Both the position numbers and the translations under genes were made by a program. Of a DNA stretch of 64,000 nucleotides, positions 7,698 to 17,490 are shown one piece after another. Source of the stretch: a bacterium (lineage in GTDB: Bacteria > Electryoneota > Electryoneia > Electryoneales > Electryoneaceae); the NCBI GenBank assembly GCA_963675295.2, contig CAXXKJ010000002.1, forward strand, positions 160,001 to 224,000, read 5' to 3'. A model generated the notes under the pieces. The model saw only the letters and a program-made list of their open reading frames with translations, did not search any database and was not told the DNA's origin. Numbering within the stretch: position 1 is the first letter of the stretch; every line of letters starts with the position of its first letter.

Positions 7698-9095
7698 ATG
7701 GAGGGTGTGATGGAAACACTGAATCTCGGTGTGTTTGGAATGGATTGTGCGAAGCATCCCCAGCTCGTGGATCAGCTCGAGCAGGCGGGATGCCGTGTTA
7801 TTTGTTTGCCGGAAGTTCGAAAGAATCCGCTCGAGCAGTTGAATCACGTTCGACCCGATGCCGCACTCTACCTTTATAATGAGGACACCCTGAGCGAGGC
7901 GCCGAATGTGTTGAGTGGCGCCCCGGCGAATGCGTCTGTCCCCTGGGTGGTGCTTGTTGAGGACGAAAAGTCGGTCAACCAACTCCCCGCCCATTCCCTC
8001 AACGCGCACGGCATGTTGTTCTACCCGTTCCAGGCCAAGCAGATCTTTGCGATGGTTGAGCTGGCGATTCACTTGCACCGTCAGGAGCGGGTGAAGGACG
8101 TCATGCTCTCTCATTATGTAGAGAGTCTGCGGAATGTGAATGAGGCCGTGTTGTTGTCGGATCCGTTGGGACGCGTGCTGTTTGTCAACGAAAAAGCGTT
8201 GCGTCTGACCGGGTATGAAGACGCGTCCAACCGTCGTGTCGAGCAGGTGTTCAAGCTCGAGGACAATGGCAAACTGGACGTTGAGCACCCGGTGATCCAC
8301 TCGATGCAGCAATCGAACAACGGGCACGGCTCCCACCGCACGAACCTCGTCAACCGCAAGCAGGACTCGGTTCCGATCCAGTACCAGGTGAAGCGGATTG
8401 AACGCGGCGACAGCGTGCTCGGCGCGTGTGTCCTGTTCCACGAAATCCAGGCTCGTGCGACGGAAGACCCGCAGATCAGCCTGCAGGACTCGACCACGGA
8501 TGACGCCGCGCAGCTGGTGGTGGACAAGGTCAAGCGTGCCCGTCCAGACGAAGACAAGTCGGTTCGGATTCAGGTGCGCACGTTCGGCGAGTTCACGTTG
8601 ATTGTGGACGGCGACCGGATCGAGACGAACAAGTGGCGGTCGAAGAAAGCGCTGGACGTATTTTCCTACCTGTTGCTGCATTACGGCCAGCCGGTGCACA
8701 AGGAAGTGTTGATCGACTTCCTGTGGCCGAACCTGGATACGCACACTGGCAACCGCCGGTTGTTGAACGCCGTCTCGGAATTGCGCAAGTATCTCGAGCC
8801 GGACGCGAAGCGTTATTCCCGCAACAGTTTCGTCCGTCACGAGTCGGGCGTTTACCGTCTCGATTTCGGCGAGAACGTGTACATCGACACACTGGTCTTC
8901 CGCGAATTGGTGCGCAACGGCGATTACCAATGGGCAACCGGCCAGAAGCGGTTGGCGCGGACCTTCTACCTCGAAGCCTTGCAGCACAAGGACGGCCAGT
9001 TCTTGCCGCGCTACCTGTATGAGCGTGAATTTGAAGAGGCTCGTGAGCAGTACGATATCACCGAGGAACGCATTCGTTCGCGGATCGAGGAGTAG
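7698..9095 (+). CDS. Pseudo-receiver/PAS/winged-helix/BTAD-like (SARP-type) transcriptional regulator
   Basis: Degenerate receiver-like N-terminus, PAS (AVLLSDPLGRVLFVN), IQVRTFGEF…WRSKKALDVFSYLL…LIDFLWP wHTH and a short BTAD-like tail. Confidence 0.8.
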   Translation: MEGVMETLNLGVFGMDCAKHPQLVDQLEQAGCRVICLPEVRKNPLEQLNHVRPDAALYLYNEDTLSEAPNVLSGAPANASVPWVVLVEDEKSVNQLPAHSLNAHGMLFYPFQAKQIFAMVELAIHLHRQERVKDVMLSHYVESLRNVNEAVLLSDPLGRVLFVNEKALRLTGYEDASNRRVEQVFKLEDNGKLDVEHPVIHSMQQSNNGHGSHRTNLVNRKQDSVPIQYQVKRIERGDSVLGACVLFHEIQARATEDPQISLQDSTTDDAAQLVVDKVKRARPDEDKSVRIQVRTFGEFTLIVDGDRIETNKWRSKKALDVFSYLLLHYGQPVHKEVLIDFLWPNLDTHTGNRRLLNAVSELRKYLEPDAKRYSRNSFVRHESGVYRLDFGENVYIDTLVFRELVRNGDYQWATGQKRLARTFYLEALQHKDGQFLPRYLYEREFEEAREQYDITEERIRSRIEE

Positions 9096-9152
9096 CCGGA
9101 CACCATCCGGTAGCTATCAGCACAATCGTGTTGTGCGCTATAGTTTAAAGTG

Positions 9153-9183
9153 AACGGTCGCCGCCTGGCGGCCGTTTCGTTTT
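9153..9183 (+). terminator. Intrinsic terminator
   Basis: AACGGTCGCC/GGCGGCCGTT stem then TCGTTTT. Confidence 0.55.
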
Positions 9184-9436
9184 GTGCCCCAGACATTCAT
9201 GTCTGGGATCACCCCCCTCGTGTGTGCCCGTGTCAACTTGCATGTGCCCCGGATGGCTTCGCCAGCCGGGATTATCCGAGGGTCAAGTATTCGGGGGACA
9301 TGTGAACAGATCGGTGTCGAGGATTCAACGTGATGCCGCCGGATCGACCATCGTCTGAACAGTGGACATCAGCAGGTCAAGCCGTTCACATGTCCCCGAT
9401 CAATCCGCGGTAGCGAACCGAAGCTCCCGCGGGCAT
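9184..9436. repeat. Cluster of REP-like palindromes plus a 104-bp segment bounded by 14-bp inverted repeats
   Basis: GTGCCCCAGACATTCATGTCTGGG (9184-9207), GTGCCCGTGTC (9224), GGGGACATGTGAAC 9294-9307 / GTTCACATGTCCCC 9384-9397, and flanking TGCCC-led hairpins in opposite orientations. Confidence 0.7.
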
Positions 9437-9513
9437 CGAGACGCGAATCTTGTCCCGTTCCCGCTCCGCGCCTATGTTACCAGTACACGGTCAGAAAAAC
9501 CCTGAGCCGATCA

Positions 9514-11232
9514 ATGACACACGCACCGTCCGGATTGACCCTCATCCCCTCGCGAAATCGTGGCTCCTCCGCGTTTGGTTCTGTACTTGCATTCGCGTTC
9601 CTGCTTGTCCTGCTGACGGTCATTCCGCTGAGTTCGCACGCTGAATGGACCAGCGAGGGTGTCATCTTCAACAACGGTGATTTCGTCAACTACTTCGAGG
9701 CGGTCCCGTGTCCGGCGGGCGGGATGTGGTTCGTCTGGGCGGAGAATTACGACTGGGATACCACCGAGATCTACGCGCAACGGATCACGGAAGAGGGCGA
9801 TCTGGTCTTTCCCGAACCGCTAACTCCTCACGACGAAGCGCTGGATGGGGATATCATAGCCGGCGCATTGCCAGGAGAAGATGGGTCGCTTCTACTTGTT
9901 TACGCCCGGATTGATACGGACGGTGTTACCCGCTTGTTTGTTCAGCGATTTGCATTGGACGGAACCCGGCTTCACGATGGATTCGGACAGTACGCATCCG
10001 ATCCAGACAATCAATCAACCATCTATTTCTGGGGGATTGGGGCAAGAACAGACGACAATGGTGGCTGCTGGACACTGTTCGATCAACACGGAGCGCTGTA
10101 CTTGAACGGATGGAACACAGATGGAACACAGAAGCTGGATGAAAATCTGGAGATTTCCGTTAACACTTCGGATAACGACAGCCGGTTGATCCCTGATGGT
10201 GCTGGCGGTGTGATTCACATGGAGGTAAGGCCTCCTGAAGATCCTTACCCGGATCAGCCAGACATCTATATGCAGCGGTACAATTATGATGGAAGCACAC
10301 AGTTTCCCGAACCTCTGCTGGTTAACGAGGACGGAGGTGATCTAATCGACGATCGCGATTATCTGGTGATGGATGCGCAGAATGATGGCGTGTTTCTGTT
10401 GACGGAAAATCACTGGCAGTACTACGACAGTGCTTTCAATCCATTATGGCCAGAAGTTGTGGATCCGTATGTTGGCAGTTTGGATGGATCAGTTTTATCC
10501 CCACCAGTAGTATTTCAAGATAATACCGTTGTTCAAGCATTAAGTGGACATAGTACTGGGAATGGGATGATGTTAATTCATGCGGATGGAACAATAGATA
10601 ACTCTACTGTCTATCCTATTCCATTATTTCAAATAAGTGCAGTGCGTGATTTGAAGTTAAATTCTGATAATCATCTTGTTACGCAAATATGTTTAGATGT
10701 AGATAGTGAGCATGAACAATACTATATTGTGATTTTCGATTCACTTGGAAATGAAGTACATGATCGTGTTCAGATATTTCCGGAACCACGCGATTGGATA
10801 TCACCACATTTTGACTGGATTAAGCGTTTTGATGATGTATCATTTTTGACGATGCATCTTTATAATGAATATTGGCGCTTATGGAGATTTGATGAGCTCA
10901 CTGGCGCGATTTACGGTAGACCTGATGCGGTTTCCGAATCGGGATCGCAGTCGCTCCCTCAATCCTTTTCGATCACGTCGGTCTATCCGAACCCGTTCAA
11001 TTCCGCCTGCACAATCCAGATCGACGTATCACGCCCCACCGCGCTGTCCTTCGCCGTGTATGATATCCTCGGGGCGCTGGTTCACGAAGAGAGCATTGGC
11101 GAAACAGCTGCCGGAATGCACACGATTCACTGGGCCCCGGTCCCGGATCACGCGTCCGGCCTGTATTTCGTTCGACTCCAGGATGGGGCAGCGGGACTCA
11201 CGCAAACGCGCAAGATCGTGTTAATCAAATGA
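9514..11232 (+). CDS. Secreted repeat protein with T9SS-type C-terminal sorting domain
   Basis: Signal peptide; D-x-x-GG…IY[AM]QR repeats; C-terminal YPNPFNS…ASGLYFVRL…RKIVLIK. Confidence 0.85.
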   Translation: MTHAPSGLTLIPSRNRGSSAFGSVLAFAFLLVLLTVIPLSSHAEWTSEGVIFNNGDFVNYFEAVPCPAGGMWFVWAENYDWDTTEIYAQRITEEGDLVFPEPLTPHDEALDGDIIAGALPGEDGSLLLVYARIDTDGVTRLFVQRFALDGTRLHDGFGQYASDPDNQSTIYFWGIGARTDDNGGCWTLFDQHGALYLNGWNTDGTQKLDENLEISVNTSDNDSRLIPDGAGGVIHMEVRPPEDPYPDQPDIYMQRYNYDGSTQFPEPLLVNEDGGDLIDDRDYLVMDAQNDGVFLLTENHWQYYDSAFNPLWPEVVDPYVGSLDGSVLSPPVVFQDNTVVQALSGHSTGNGMMLIHADGTIDNSTVYPIPLFQISAVRDLKLNSDNHLVTQICLDVDSEHEQYYIVIFDSLGNEVHDRVQIFPEPRDWISPHFDWIKRFDDVSFLTMHLYNEYWRLWRFDELTGAIYGRPDAVSESGSQSLPQSFSITSVYPNPFNSACTIQIDVSRPTALSFAVYDILGALVHEESIGETAAGMHTIHWAPVPDHASGLYFVRLQDGAAGLTQTRKIVLIK

Positions 11233-11280
11233 TGTGGTGTTGTCGTTGTATCCCGCCATGCCCCGATGCCGTGATCCTAT

Positions 11281-11428
11281 TTACCGCGGACTTAAGTCCG
11301 TGGTAAGCTGCAAGGATTCGATCGACCGCTGACCGTAGCCCGACGCCCGCAATCCTTATCCCACAGCCAGCAATCTTCAGCCCGTTGACCGCGGTCCGCA
11401 GTCCGCAGTCCATTGTCCGCAGCCCGGT
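11281..11428. repeat. REP-like hairpin plus about 15 degenerate tandem heptamers
   Basis: TTACCGCGGACTTAAGTCCGTGGTAA (11281-11306); 7-bp units at 11324-11428 (GACCGCT GACCGTA GCCCGAC … GTCCGCA GTCCGCA). Confidence 0.7.
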
Positions 11429-11501
11429 CCACTGTTGCCCCCACCGGTTCCCGCCAATACATTCCTATCCGATTCCACCCATCACCAACCTTGAGCGTGC
11501 C

Positions 11502-12386
11502 ATGAAGGGCATCATCCTCGCCGGCGGCAGCGGATCGCGTCTGTTCCCGGCGACACGCAGCATTGTCAAGCAGCTCCTGCCGATCTACGACAAGCCGATG
11601 ATTTACTACCCGTTGTCGGCGTTGATGCTGGCGAACATCCGTGAGGTGCTGATCATCTCGACGCCAGAGGACACTGACCGCTTCCGTGCGTTGTTCGGGG
11701 ACGGGTCCGACTACGGCATGCGCTTCGAGTACATCGTGCAGCCCAGCCCGGACGGCCTCGCGCAGGCATTTCTGCTCGGAGAGGAGTTCCTCGACGGCGA
11801 CGACGCGGTACTCGTGCTCGGCGACAACATCTTCTACGGTCACGGGTTGGTCGAAACGCTGGTCCGTGCGCGGAAACGGGTCGAGGAAGACCGTCGCTCG
11901 GTGGTGTTCGGCTACGCGGTGCAGGACCCGCAACGGTACGGCGTGGTTGAGTTTGACAAGACTGGCCGTGTGTTGTCAATTGAGGAGAAGCCGTCCGATC
12001 CGAAGAGCAATTACGCCGTCGTCGGTCTGTATTTCTACACGAATGACGTGGTTCAGGTGGCGAAGCAGGTGAAGCCGTCCGCGCGCGGCGAGCTGGAGAT
12101 CACCAGCGTCAACCAGGCGTACCTCGACAAGGACAAGCTGGATGTCGAACTGCTCGGACGCGGGTATGCGTGGCTCGACACTGGCACGCATGAAAGCCTG
12201 CTCGAGGCGTCGTTGTTTGTCCAGACGATCGAGAAGCGGCAGGGGATGAAGATCTCGTGCATCGAGGAAATCGCGTATCGCAAGGGGTATATCGACGTTG
12301 ACCAGTTGCGCGCGTTGGCGGCCCCGATGGCGAAGAACGAGTACGGGCAGTATTTGTTGCGTCTCGCGGATGGGAAGCTGGTGTAG
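11502..12386 (+). CDS. rfbA: Glucose-1-phosphate thymidylyltransferase
   Basis: [14 protein letters not shown]…[48 protein letters not shown]. Confidence 0.97.
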   Translation: MKGIILAGGSGSRLFPATRSIVKQLLPIYDKPMIYYPLSALMLANIREVLIISTPEDTDRFRALFGDGSDYGMRFEYIVQPSPDGLAQAFLLGEEFLDGDDAVLVLGDNIFYGHGLVETLVRARKRVEEDRRSVVFGYAVQDPQRYGVVEFDKTGRVLSIEEKPSDPKSNYAVVGLYFYTNDVVQVAKQVKPSARGELEITSVNQAYLDKDKLDVELLGRGYAWLDTGTHESLLEASLFVQTIEKRQGMKISCIEEIAYRKGYIDVDQLRALAAPMAKNEYGQYLLRLADGKLV

Positions 12387-12408
12387 GCAAGCGACTGTGC
12401 AGTACTTC

Positions 12409-12509
12409 GTGCCCGTTGAATCCAACGTGCCCGTGTTTGCTTGCAAACGCGGCCGTGATTCGAACGGCCCGAAGTGTTCGTGCCCGTGTCAAAAAACTTG
12501 CTGACTCGG
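12409..12509 (+). repeat. REP-like family A cluster
   Basis: GTGCCCGTGTTTGCTTGCAAACGCGG (12427-12452), GTGCCCGTGTCAAAAAACTTGCTGACTCGG (12480-12509) and a partial copy at 12409. Confidence 0.75.
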
Positions 12510-12653
12510 CCCCGACAAAACCACAAAACGCCCCCGGTCAATGGACTGGGGACGTTCTGCGTTCAGGGGAAGAAAGCGAACTACGCTCTACTGCTATGGA
12601 TCAAACACTTCCAGGATATTCAAATTCGTTATACGGTGCATTGTCCGTCACCG

Positions 12654-12839
12654 TTATGACTTACGGCATGTGCTGATACCGAACGGCAGGTACAGCGGGC
12701 ACCAGCGAATTAATGCCGTCGCCAGCGGAATGATGCCAATCGCACCCCACCAGCTCTTGAAGTAGATGCCGATCCCGATGATCAGCACTCCCAGCACAAT
12801 TCGGATAATCCTGTCCGCACTGCCTATGTTGGCGTTCAT
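12654..12839 (-). CDS. DUF2892 (YgaP-like) small membrane protein
   Basis: MNANIGSADRIIRIVLG…WCPLYLPFGISTC; GGAGGAG RBS. Confidence 0.9.
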   Translation of the reverse strand: MNANIGSADRIIRIVLGVLIIGIGIYFKSWWGAIGIIPLATALIRWCPLYLPFGISTCRKS

Positions 12840-12934
12840 CGTTCCACTCCTCCAGGGGGATGTTGCCTGCCCTTTGGATGCACGACGTGGCAAAAGGTGA
12901 CAGCGTATGGTCTCCCCGGAGAGTTCGGGACACC

Positions 12935-12960
12935 TGACATTTCCGTGACACTCAATGACG
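12935..12960 (-). promoter_or_regulatory. OmpR/PhoB-type direct-repeat operator candidate
   Basis: Minus strand CGTCA-N5-TGTCA-N6-TGTCA (10-11 bp period) between the DUF2892 gene and the divergent two-component system. Confidence 0.35.
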
Positions 12961-13289
12961 CCGGGGCCTGTATACTAATCCCTGTCTGGTGTTCCAGACA
13001 CGAATTCGTTTCACACGGTGAGGTCGATGTTCCCCCGCATCGTCGTCACAAACATCCTGACGCTCATGTCGAGCGTGTATTGCCTTTTTCTCTCCCAAGC
13101 CGTGTCAAGTGTGGGGACGACCGCCAGCCCCCTGAACGGTCGTCCCCCTGACCGGCACTCCCGTCGCGCACACCTTTTTCACCTGGACCGCTTGTCCCCG
13201 GCTACTGTCACGTACGGCTGTTTCCTGCGGCAGTCCGGCGTTCTGCATCGTAGATTCCAGCGTCAAACCGGTGAAGGTTCAGGGAAACG

Positions 13290-14396
13290 ATGACCCCGTT
13301 TTGGAAAAAGATCCGTCCCCGCAGTCGGCTTCTGTTGTTCCTCTTTCTATCGACGTTCATCGCGGCGCAGGTGAGCTGGTGGGTGATCTACCAGGTGCGT
13401 ACCGCCGAACGGGTCGAAACGTTGCAGCACGAGGTATGGGATCGGGAAATTCGTGTCGCGGACCGTCTGATCGCACGGCACGAAGCGGTCACGGACAGCA
13501 TGGCGGCGCTGCTGAGTACGCTGTTCGAGGATCTGGAATACAGCCATGATCTGAACGGCGTAATTGTGAAGCAGGAGGCCCGTGAACGGCTGGCGTCAGA
13601 AACGACAGACGTCGCCCGCATGTTCGCGATGGAGAGCATGACGTTCCTCGTCATCATCCTCGCCGGGATGATTTACATGTACGTGACGTTGCGGCGGGAG
13701 ATCCAGGTCGAACGGCAGTATGCCAACTTCCTGTCCGCGGTGACCCACGAGCTGCGCAGCCCGATCGCGGCGATGCGGCTGCTGATGGAATCTCTGCAGG
13801 GGGACCTGACCCCGGACCAGCGCGACCGAGTCCTGCTCAACATGAACCGCAGCCTCGACCGTTTGCACGGCCTGATCGACCGTTTGCTGACCACCCGTGA
13901 ATTTGTCGGCCAACGGCGGCCGTTACGGGCGCTGAATGTGGTCGACCTCGGCGAACACACCCGCCGTGTGATTGACGAACTGTACGCGCACCATCCCGTC
14001 GCCGCCGGACGTCTGCAGGTCACAGTCGCCCCGTCCCTGCCGGCCCGGATCCACAGCGGGCACTGGGGAATTCTGGTCAGCAATCTCGTCGACAACGCGT
14101 TGAAGTATTCGGACAGCGAACAGCCGGTGCGGGTGGATGTGTCGCGAAAGGGGTCACGCGTGGTGTTGACCGTGGCCGACATGGGCGAGGGCTTTTCGCA
14201 CTCGGAACGGCAACGGATTTTCAAGCGTTTCTACCGTATTGGCGAGGAAGACACCCGCACCGCCGAAGGCAGCGGATTGGGGCTGTATCTCGTGCGCGAG
14301 ATCGCGCATTCATTCCGGGGTGATGTGCATGCGCACAGCGACGGTCCCAACAAGGGCGCGACATTCACCGTGCGCGTCCCGCTGGCGAAGGACTAG
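13290..14396 (+). CDS. Membrane sensor histidine kinase
   Basis: Two TM segments; H-box VTHELRSP; NLVDNALKYS; DMGEG; GSGLGL. Confidence 0.95.
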   Translation: MTPFWKKIRPRSRLLLFLFLSTFIAAQVSWWVIYQVRTAERVETLQHEVWDREIRVADRLIARHEAVTDSMAALLSTLFEDLEYSHDLNGVIVKQEARERLASETTDVARMFAMESMTFLVIILAGMIYMYVTLRREIQVERQYANFLSAVTHELRSPIAAMRLLMESLQGDLTPDQRDRVLLNMNRSLDRLHGLIDRLLTTREFVGQRRPLRALNVVDLGEHTRRVIDELYAHHPVAAGRLQVTVAPSLPARIHSGHWGILVSNLVDNALKYSDSEQPVRVDVSRKGSRVVLTVADMGEGFSHSERQRIFKRFYRIGEEDTRTAEGSGLGLYLVREIAHSFRGDVHAHSDGPNKGATFTVRVPLAKD

Positions 14397-14407
14397 CCTC
14401 AAAGTGT

Positions 14408-14601
14408 GTGCCCGTGTCAGGATGTGCCCGTGTCAGCTCGCTGACGCGGACCAACCAGAACTTGAATGGGTGGTGGAGATCTTGCCCGTGTTGGCTCTGA
14501 CAACGCGGGTCATCCCAGACAGAACTGCCTGGTGCATGTTCCATGGACTTAGGTCCATGGAACTGAGGTGTTCGAGAGACGAAAGACGAGAGACCAGAGA
14601 C
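14408..14601. repeat. REP-like mosaic and heptamers between kinase and regulator genes
   Basis: Family A copies at 14408, 14424-14449 and 14482-14509; GTTCCATGGACTTAGGTCCATGGAAC 14538-14563; GAGAGAC GAAAGAC GAGAGAC CAGAGAC 14574-14601. Confidence 0.75.
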
Positions 14602-14607
14602 GATCAC

Positions 14608-15300
14608 ATGTCCCAGCGAATCCTGATAGTCGAAGACGAAGAGGCGATTGCCCTCGGGTTGCAGTTGAACCTTGAGCGGGACGGGTTTATCACCGAACTC
14701 GCGGTGGACGGCGAGGTGGCGCTATCGTTGATTGAGTCGTGGCAGCCCGACCTGGTGCTGCTCGATGTGATGCTGCCGAAGCTGAGCGGGTTCGATGTCT
14801 GCGACCGGGTGCGGAAAAGCGGCAACCGTGTCCCGATCCTGTTTGTCACCGCGAAGGACATGGTCGGCGACCGGGTCAAAGGGCTCGAACTCGGCGGGGA
14901 CGACTACATCACGAAACCGTTCTCGATGGATGAACTCCGCTTGCGCATTCGTGCGATGCTGCGCCGTCAGCAGTGGTACGAGAGCACCCCGGAACAGGGT
15001 GACGTAGTCGAATTCGGCGGCAACAAGGTCGATCTGTCGGCGTATCGTGCGACCACGCGGGACGGTGTCGTCACGATGACGCAGAAAGAGACCATGGTCC
15101 TCAAGCTGCTGATCGAGAACGAGGGCCGGGTGATCGACCGTGGCACGATTCTGAACCGGGTCTGGGGCGAGGAGATGTATCCCAGCGCGCGCACGGTGGA
15201 CAACATCATCCTCAACCTGCGCCGCCGTTTCGAGGTCGACCCGAAGAATCCGAAACACATCTTCACGCACTACGGCGCGGGGTATTCCTTCCAACGGTAG
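14608..15300 (+). CDS. OmpR-family response regulator
   Basis: RILIVEDE, DLVLLDVMLP, DDYITKPF, C-terminal wHTH (RTVDNII…T.YGAGY). Confidence 0.95.
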   Translation: MSQRILIVEDEEAIALGLQLNLERDGFITELAVDGEVALSLIESWQPDLVLLDVMLPKLSGFDVCDRVRKSGNRVPILFVTAKDMVGDRVKGLELGGDDYITKPFSMDELRLRIRAMLRRQQWYESTPEQGDVVEFGGNKVDLSAYRATTRDGVVTMTQKETMVLKLLIENEGRVIDRGTILNRVWGEEMYPSARTVDNIILNLRRRFEVDPKNPKHIFTHYGAGYSFQR

Positions 15301-15301
15301 A

Positions 15302-17404
15302 CTATTTCAACACAACCAGCTTGCGGAATTGAGTCTGCGTCCCGGTGTGCAGTTGCACGAAATAGATGCCACTTGCCAGCTCGGACGCATCGAACGTCAG
15401 CGTATGCAAACCAGCCGGGTATTCGCCTTCCACGATTCGCGCAACTTCCCGCCCGACCGTGTTGAACACCGCCACCTCCAGGTTCGCATGATCGGGTAGC
15501 GTGATCACAACCGACGTCCGCGCGTTGCACGGGTTCGGGCTCACACTCATCTCGAGCTTGTTGGCGTTTACGTTCTCCACGCCGGCATCTGATGCTTCCG
15601 GATTCAGAGGCGGAACAAGGCCGCTTCGCGGATACCAGTCGGTGGGAGTGAGTGCATCTGGATCGATCGCGGCCACTGTGTTACCCGGCTGCTTCGCGAA
15701 CTGGAAGCTGTCGGTGTCGATGATCAAATCCGGGTGCATGCCGATGTGCATGATGTGCTGGTACACCCCTGCGGGCGCATACCCGGGCACAAACTGGGCG
15801 AACGGCAGGCTTGGCTGGTAGACACCTTGCGGTCCCAGTTGGATTCTGGTACTCATGACCGGGCCGATCACGTTTCCGTTCGGCAGCTCGACATCCGCCC
15901 AGAGCTGGCCGCTGACAGGGTATTCCGTCGGATTGACTACTCGTACCCAGTACCAGTACCCACCGCCCGCCGGCGGGACAACCAAGGACGGTTGGAAGGG
16001 TGTGATGGTCAACGTTGGCAGTGACGTGATCACGAAGGGTGCGTCGCTGAAATCCTGATACGGTTGGCCGACAACCTGAAGGCGAATCAGATATTGGTCA
16101 TCAAGAATAAGGTCGTCGGGGATAGTCCACTCGTAGATGCCGTCGTTCTCTGTCGATTCGACAATCACCCGTTCCAAGTTGCCATCGAGGAACAGTTCGA
16201 TACGGACGTCATCGTCGATCGTGGAATTCCAGACGATATTTCGTGTGGTACCTGTTCGCAACACTTCGCCACCATTGGGGAATGCGACACGAAGTTCATC
16301 CGCGCCCCCGTTCAGACATTCAAAGAGATACACAAAACCATTATGGTAGCTATGGTAATACTGTACCGGTATAATCACGTCATAGTCGGAATCGCCATCA
16401 ATATCTAAAGCACTCGAGTCCCATATATTATCAGAATACCAGGGAGACATCCAAATTGTGTGTTCATTCCACGAACCACCGACCCCATCTTCGTTTTGAT
16501 AAAATGTCAGCCTTCGGTCACCTACAGCAATAATATCAATATCATGGTCATTATCAATATCGGCTACACTTGTCCGTCTTTTTTCTGAATCAGCATCGAC
16601 ACTATAATGTATCATATTCAGGCCATTTCCACTCGAATTATTCCACCAGGCGACTTCACCTCCAGTAGTGCAAGTAACAATATCAATATTTCCATCGCGA
16701 TTAATATCAGCAGCCGAAGGCGAACCTGCACCTGAAGGAAAATCTCCTGCGCTATGTTGGTTCCAGGAATTTCCGTTCACATCATTTTCCAGCCAATAGA
16801 GATTGATATAGTTCTCTTGATAGACAATATCACCATCTCCATCATCATCTATATCAATGACCAATGGTGAATCTATTGCATTTTGATCATCAACAACAGG
16901 ATGTTCTGTCCATTGCGTTCCCAAACCATTGATATTTTCATACCAATATATACCCACAAAGGCACTAGCAACGATATCCATATCTCCATCGTTATCTATA
17001 TCATATGTATCACAACCCAACCACCCATATATTGAACTAACAGTTATTTGATGACTAACCCATTGATTCATAGTGCCCGTGTTTTCAAACCAATACTGAA
17101 CTATACTTTCAATTTCGCAGGCAATAACATCGAGATCACCGTCATTATCAAGGTCAGCCAATTCAACGCTCCAGTATTCTTCTTCGTCTATTAAATATTC
17201 ATCCCAGAACTGACCATCGTTGCTGTTGATGTAGGTTCGAAGATATCCGCTCAACACAATATCAGGATCTCCATCGAGATCCAGATCACCCGTAGCAATA
17301 TCTATCGCATAGCTGAAATCGTCGATCGTTCTTTGTTCCCAGGACGGTTGTGCAATCGCAGCAATCGGCAGGCAGACCAGCAAAACGAGGCAGAACCAAC
17401 GCAT
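15302..17404 (-). CDS. Secreted FG-GAP/VCBS-repeat protein with Ser-Thr/GPI-type Ig domain and T9SS-type CTD
   Basis: Start MRWFCLVLLV…; DLDxDGDxDI…W[FY]EN repeats; PNGGE…I.W domain; PNPCNA…LASGIYFV…RKLVVLK. Confidence 0.88.
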   Translation of the reverse strand: MRWFCLVLLVCLPIAAIAQPSWEQRTIDDFSYAIDIATGDLDLDGDPDIVLSGYLRTYINSNDGQFWDEYLIDEEEYWSVELADLDNDGDLDVIACEIESIVQYWFENTGTMNQWVSHQITVSSIYGWLGCDTYDIDNDGDMDIVASAFVGIYWYENINGLGTQWTEHPVVDDQNAIDSPLVIDIDDDGDGDIVYQENYINLYWLENDVNGNSWNQHSAGDFPSGAGSPSAADINRDGNIDIVTCTTGGEVAWWNNSSGNGLNMIHYSVDADSEKRRTSVADIDNDHDIDIIAVGDRRLTFYQNEDGVGGSWNEHTIWMSPWYSDNIWDSSALDIDGDSDYDVIIPVQYYHSYHNGFVYLFECLNGGADELRVAFPNGGEVLRTGTTRNIVWNSTIDDDVRIELFLDGNLERVIVESTENDGIYEWTIPDDLILDDQYLIRLQVVGQPYQDFSDAPFVITSLPTLTITPFQPSLVVPPAGGGYWYWVRVVNPTEYPVSGQLWADVELPNGNVIGPVMSTRIQLGPQGVYQPSLPFAQFVPGYAPAGVYQHIMHIGMHPDLIIDTDSFQFAKQPGNTVAAIDPDALTPTDWYPRSGLVPPLNPEASDAGVENVNANKLEMSVSPNPCNARTSVVITLPDHANLEVAVFNTVGREVARIVEGEYPAGLHTLTFDASELASGIYFVQLHTGTQTQFRKLVVLK

Positions 17405-17490
17405 CGGACTTTCCCCCAGAAATTCCATTTGACAAACAAAGATAAGGCAATCGGGGCGGGAAAACTCGCAGGCAGGCAAATCCGGGTATT

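Noticed and set aside
7593-8987. Long antisense ORFs (also 21337..22743, 25671..27503, 48077..49483, 18122..19435 and others)
   Set aside because: They overlap well-supported genes, lack recognisable motifs, and are expected shadows of GC-rich codon usage.
11502-12386. rfbA without rfbBCD
   Set aside because: Split rhamnose-pathway genes are common, and the rest may lie outside the window.
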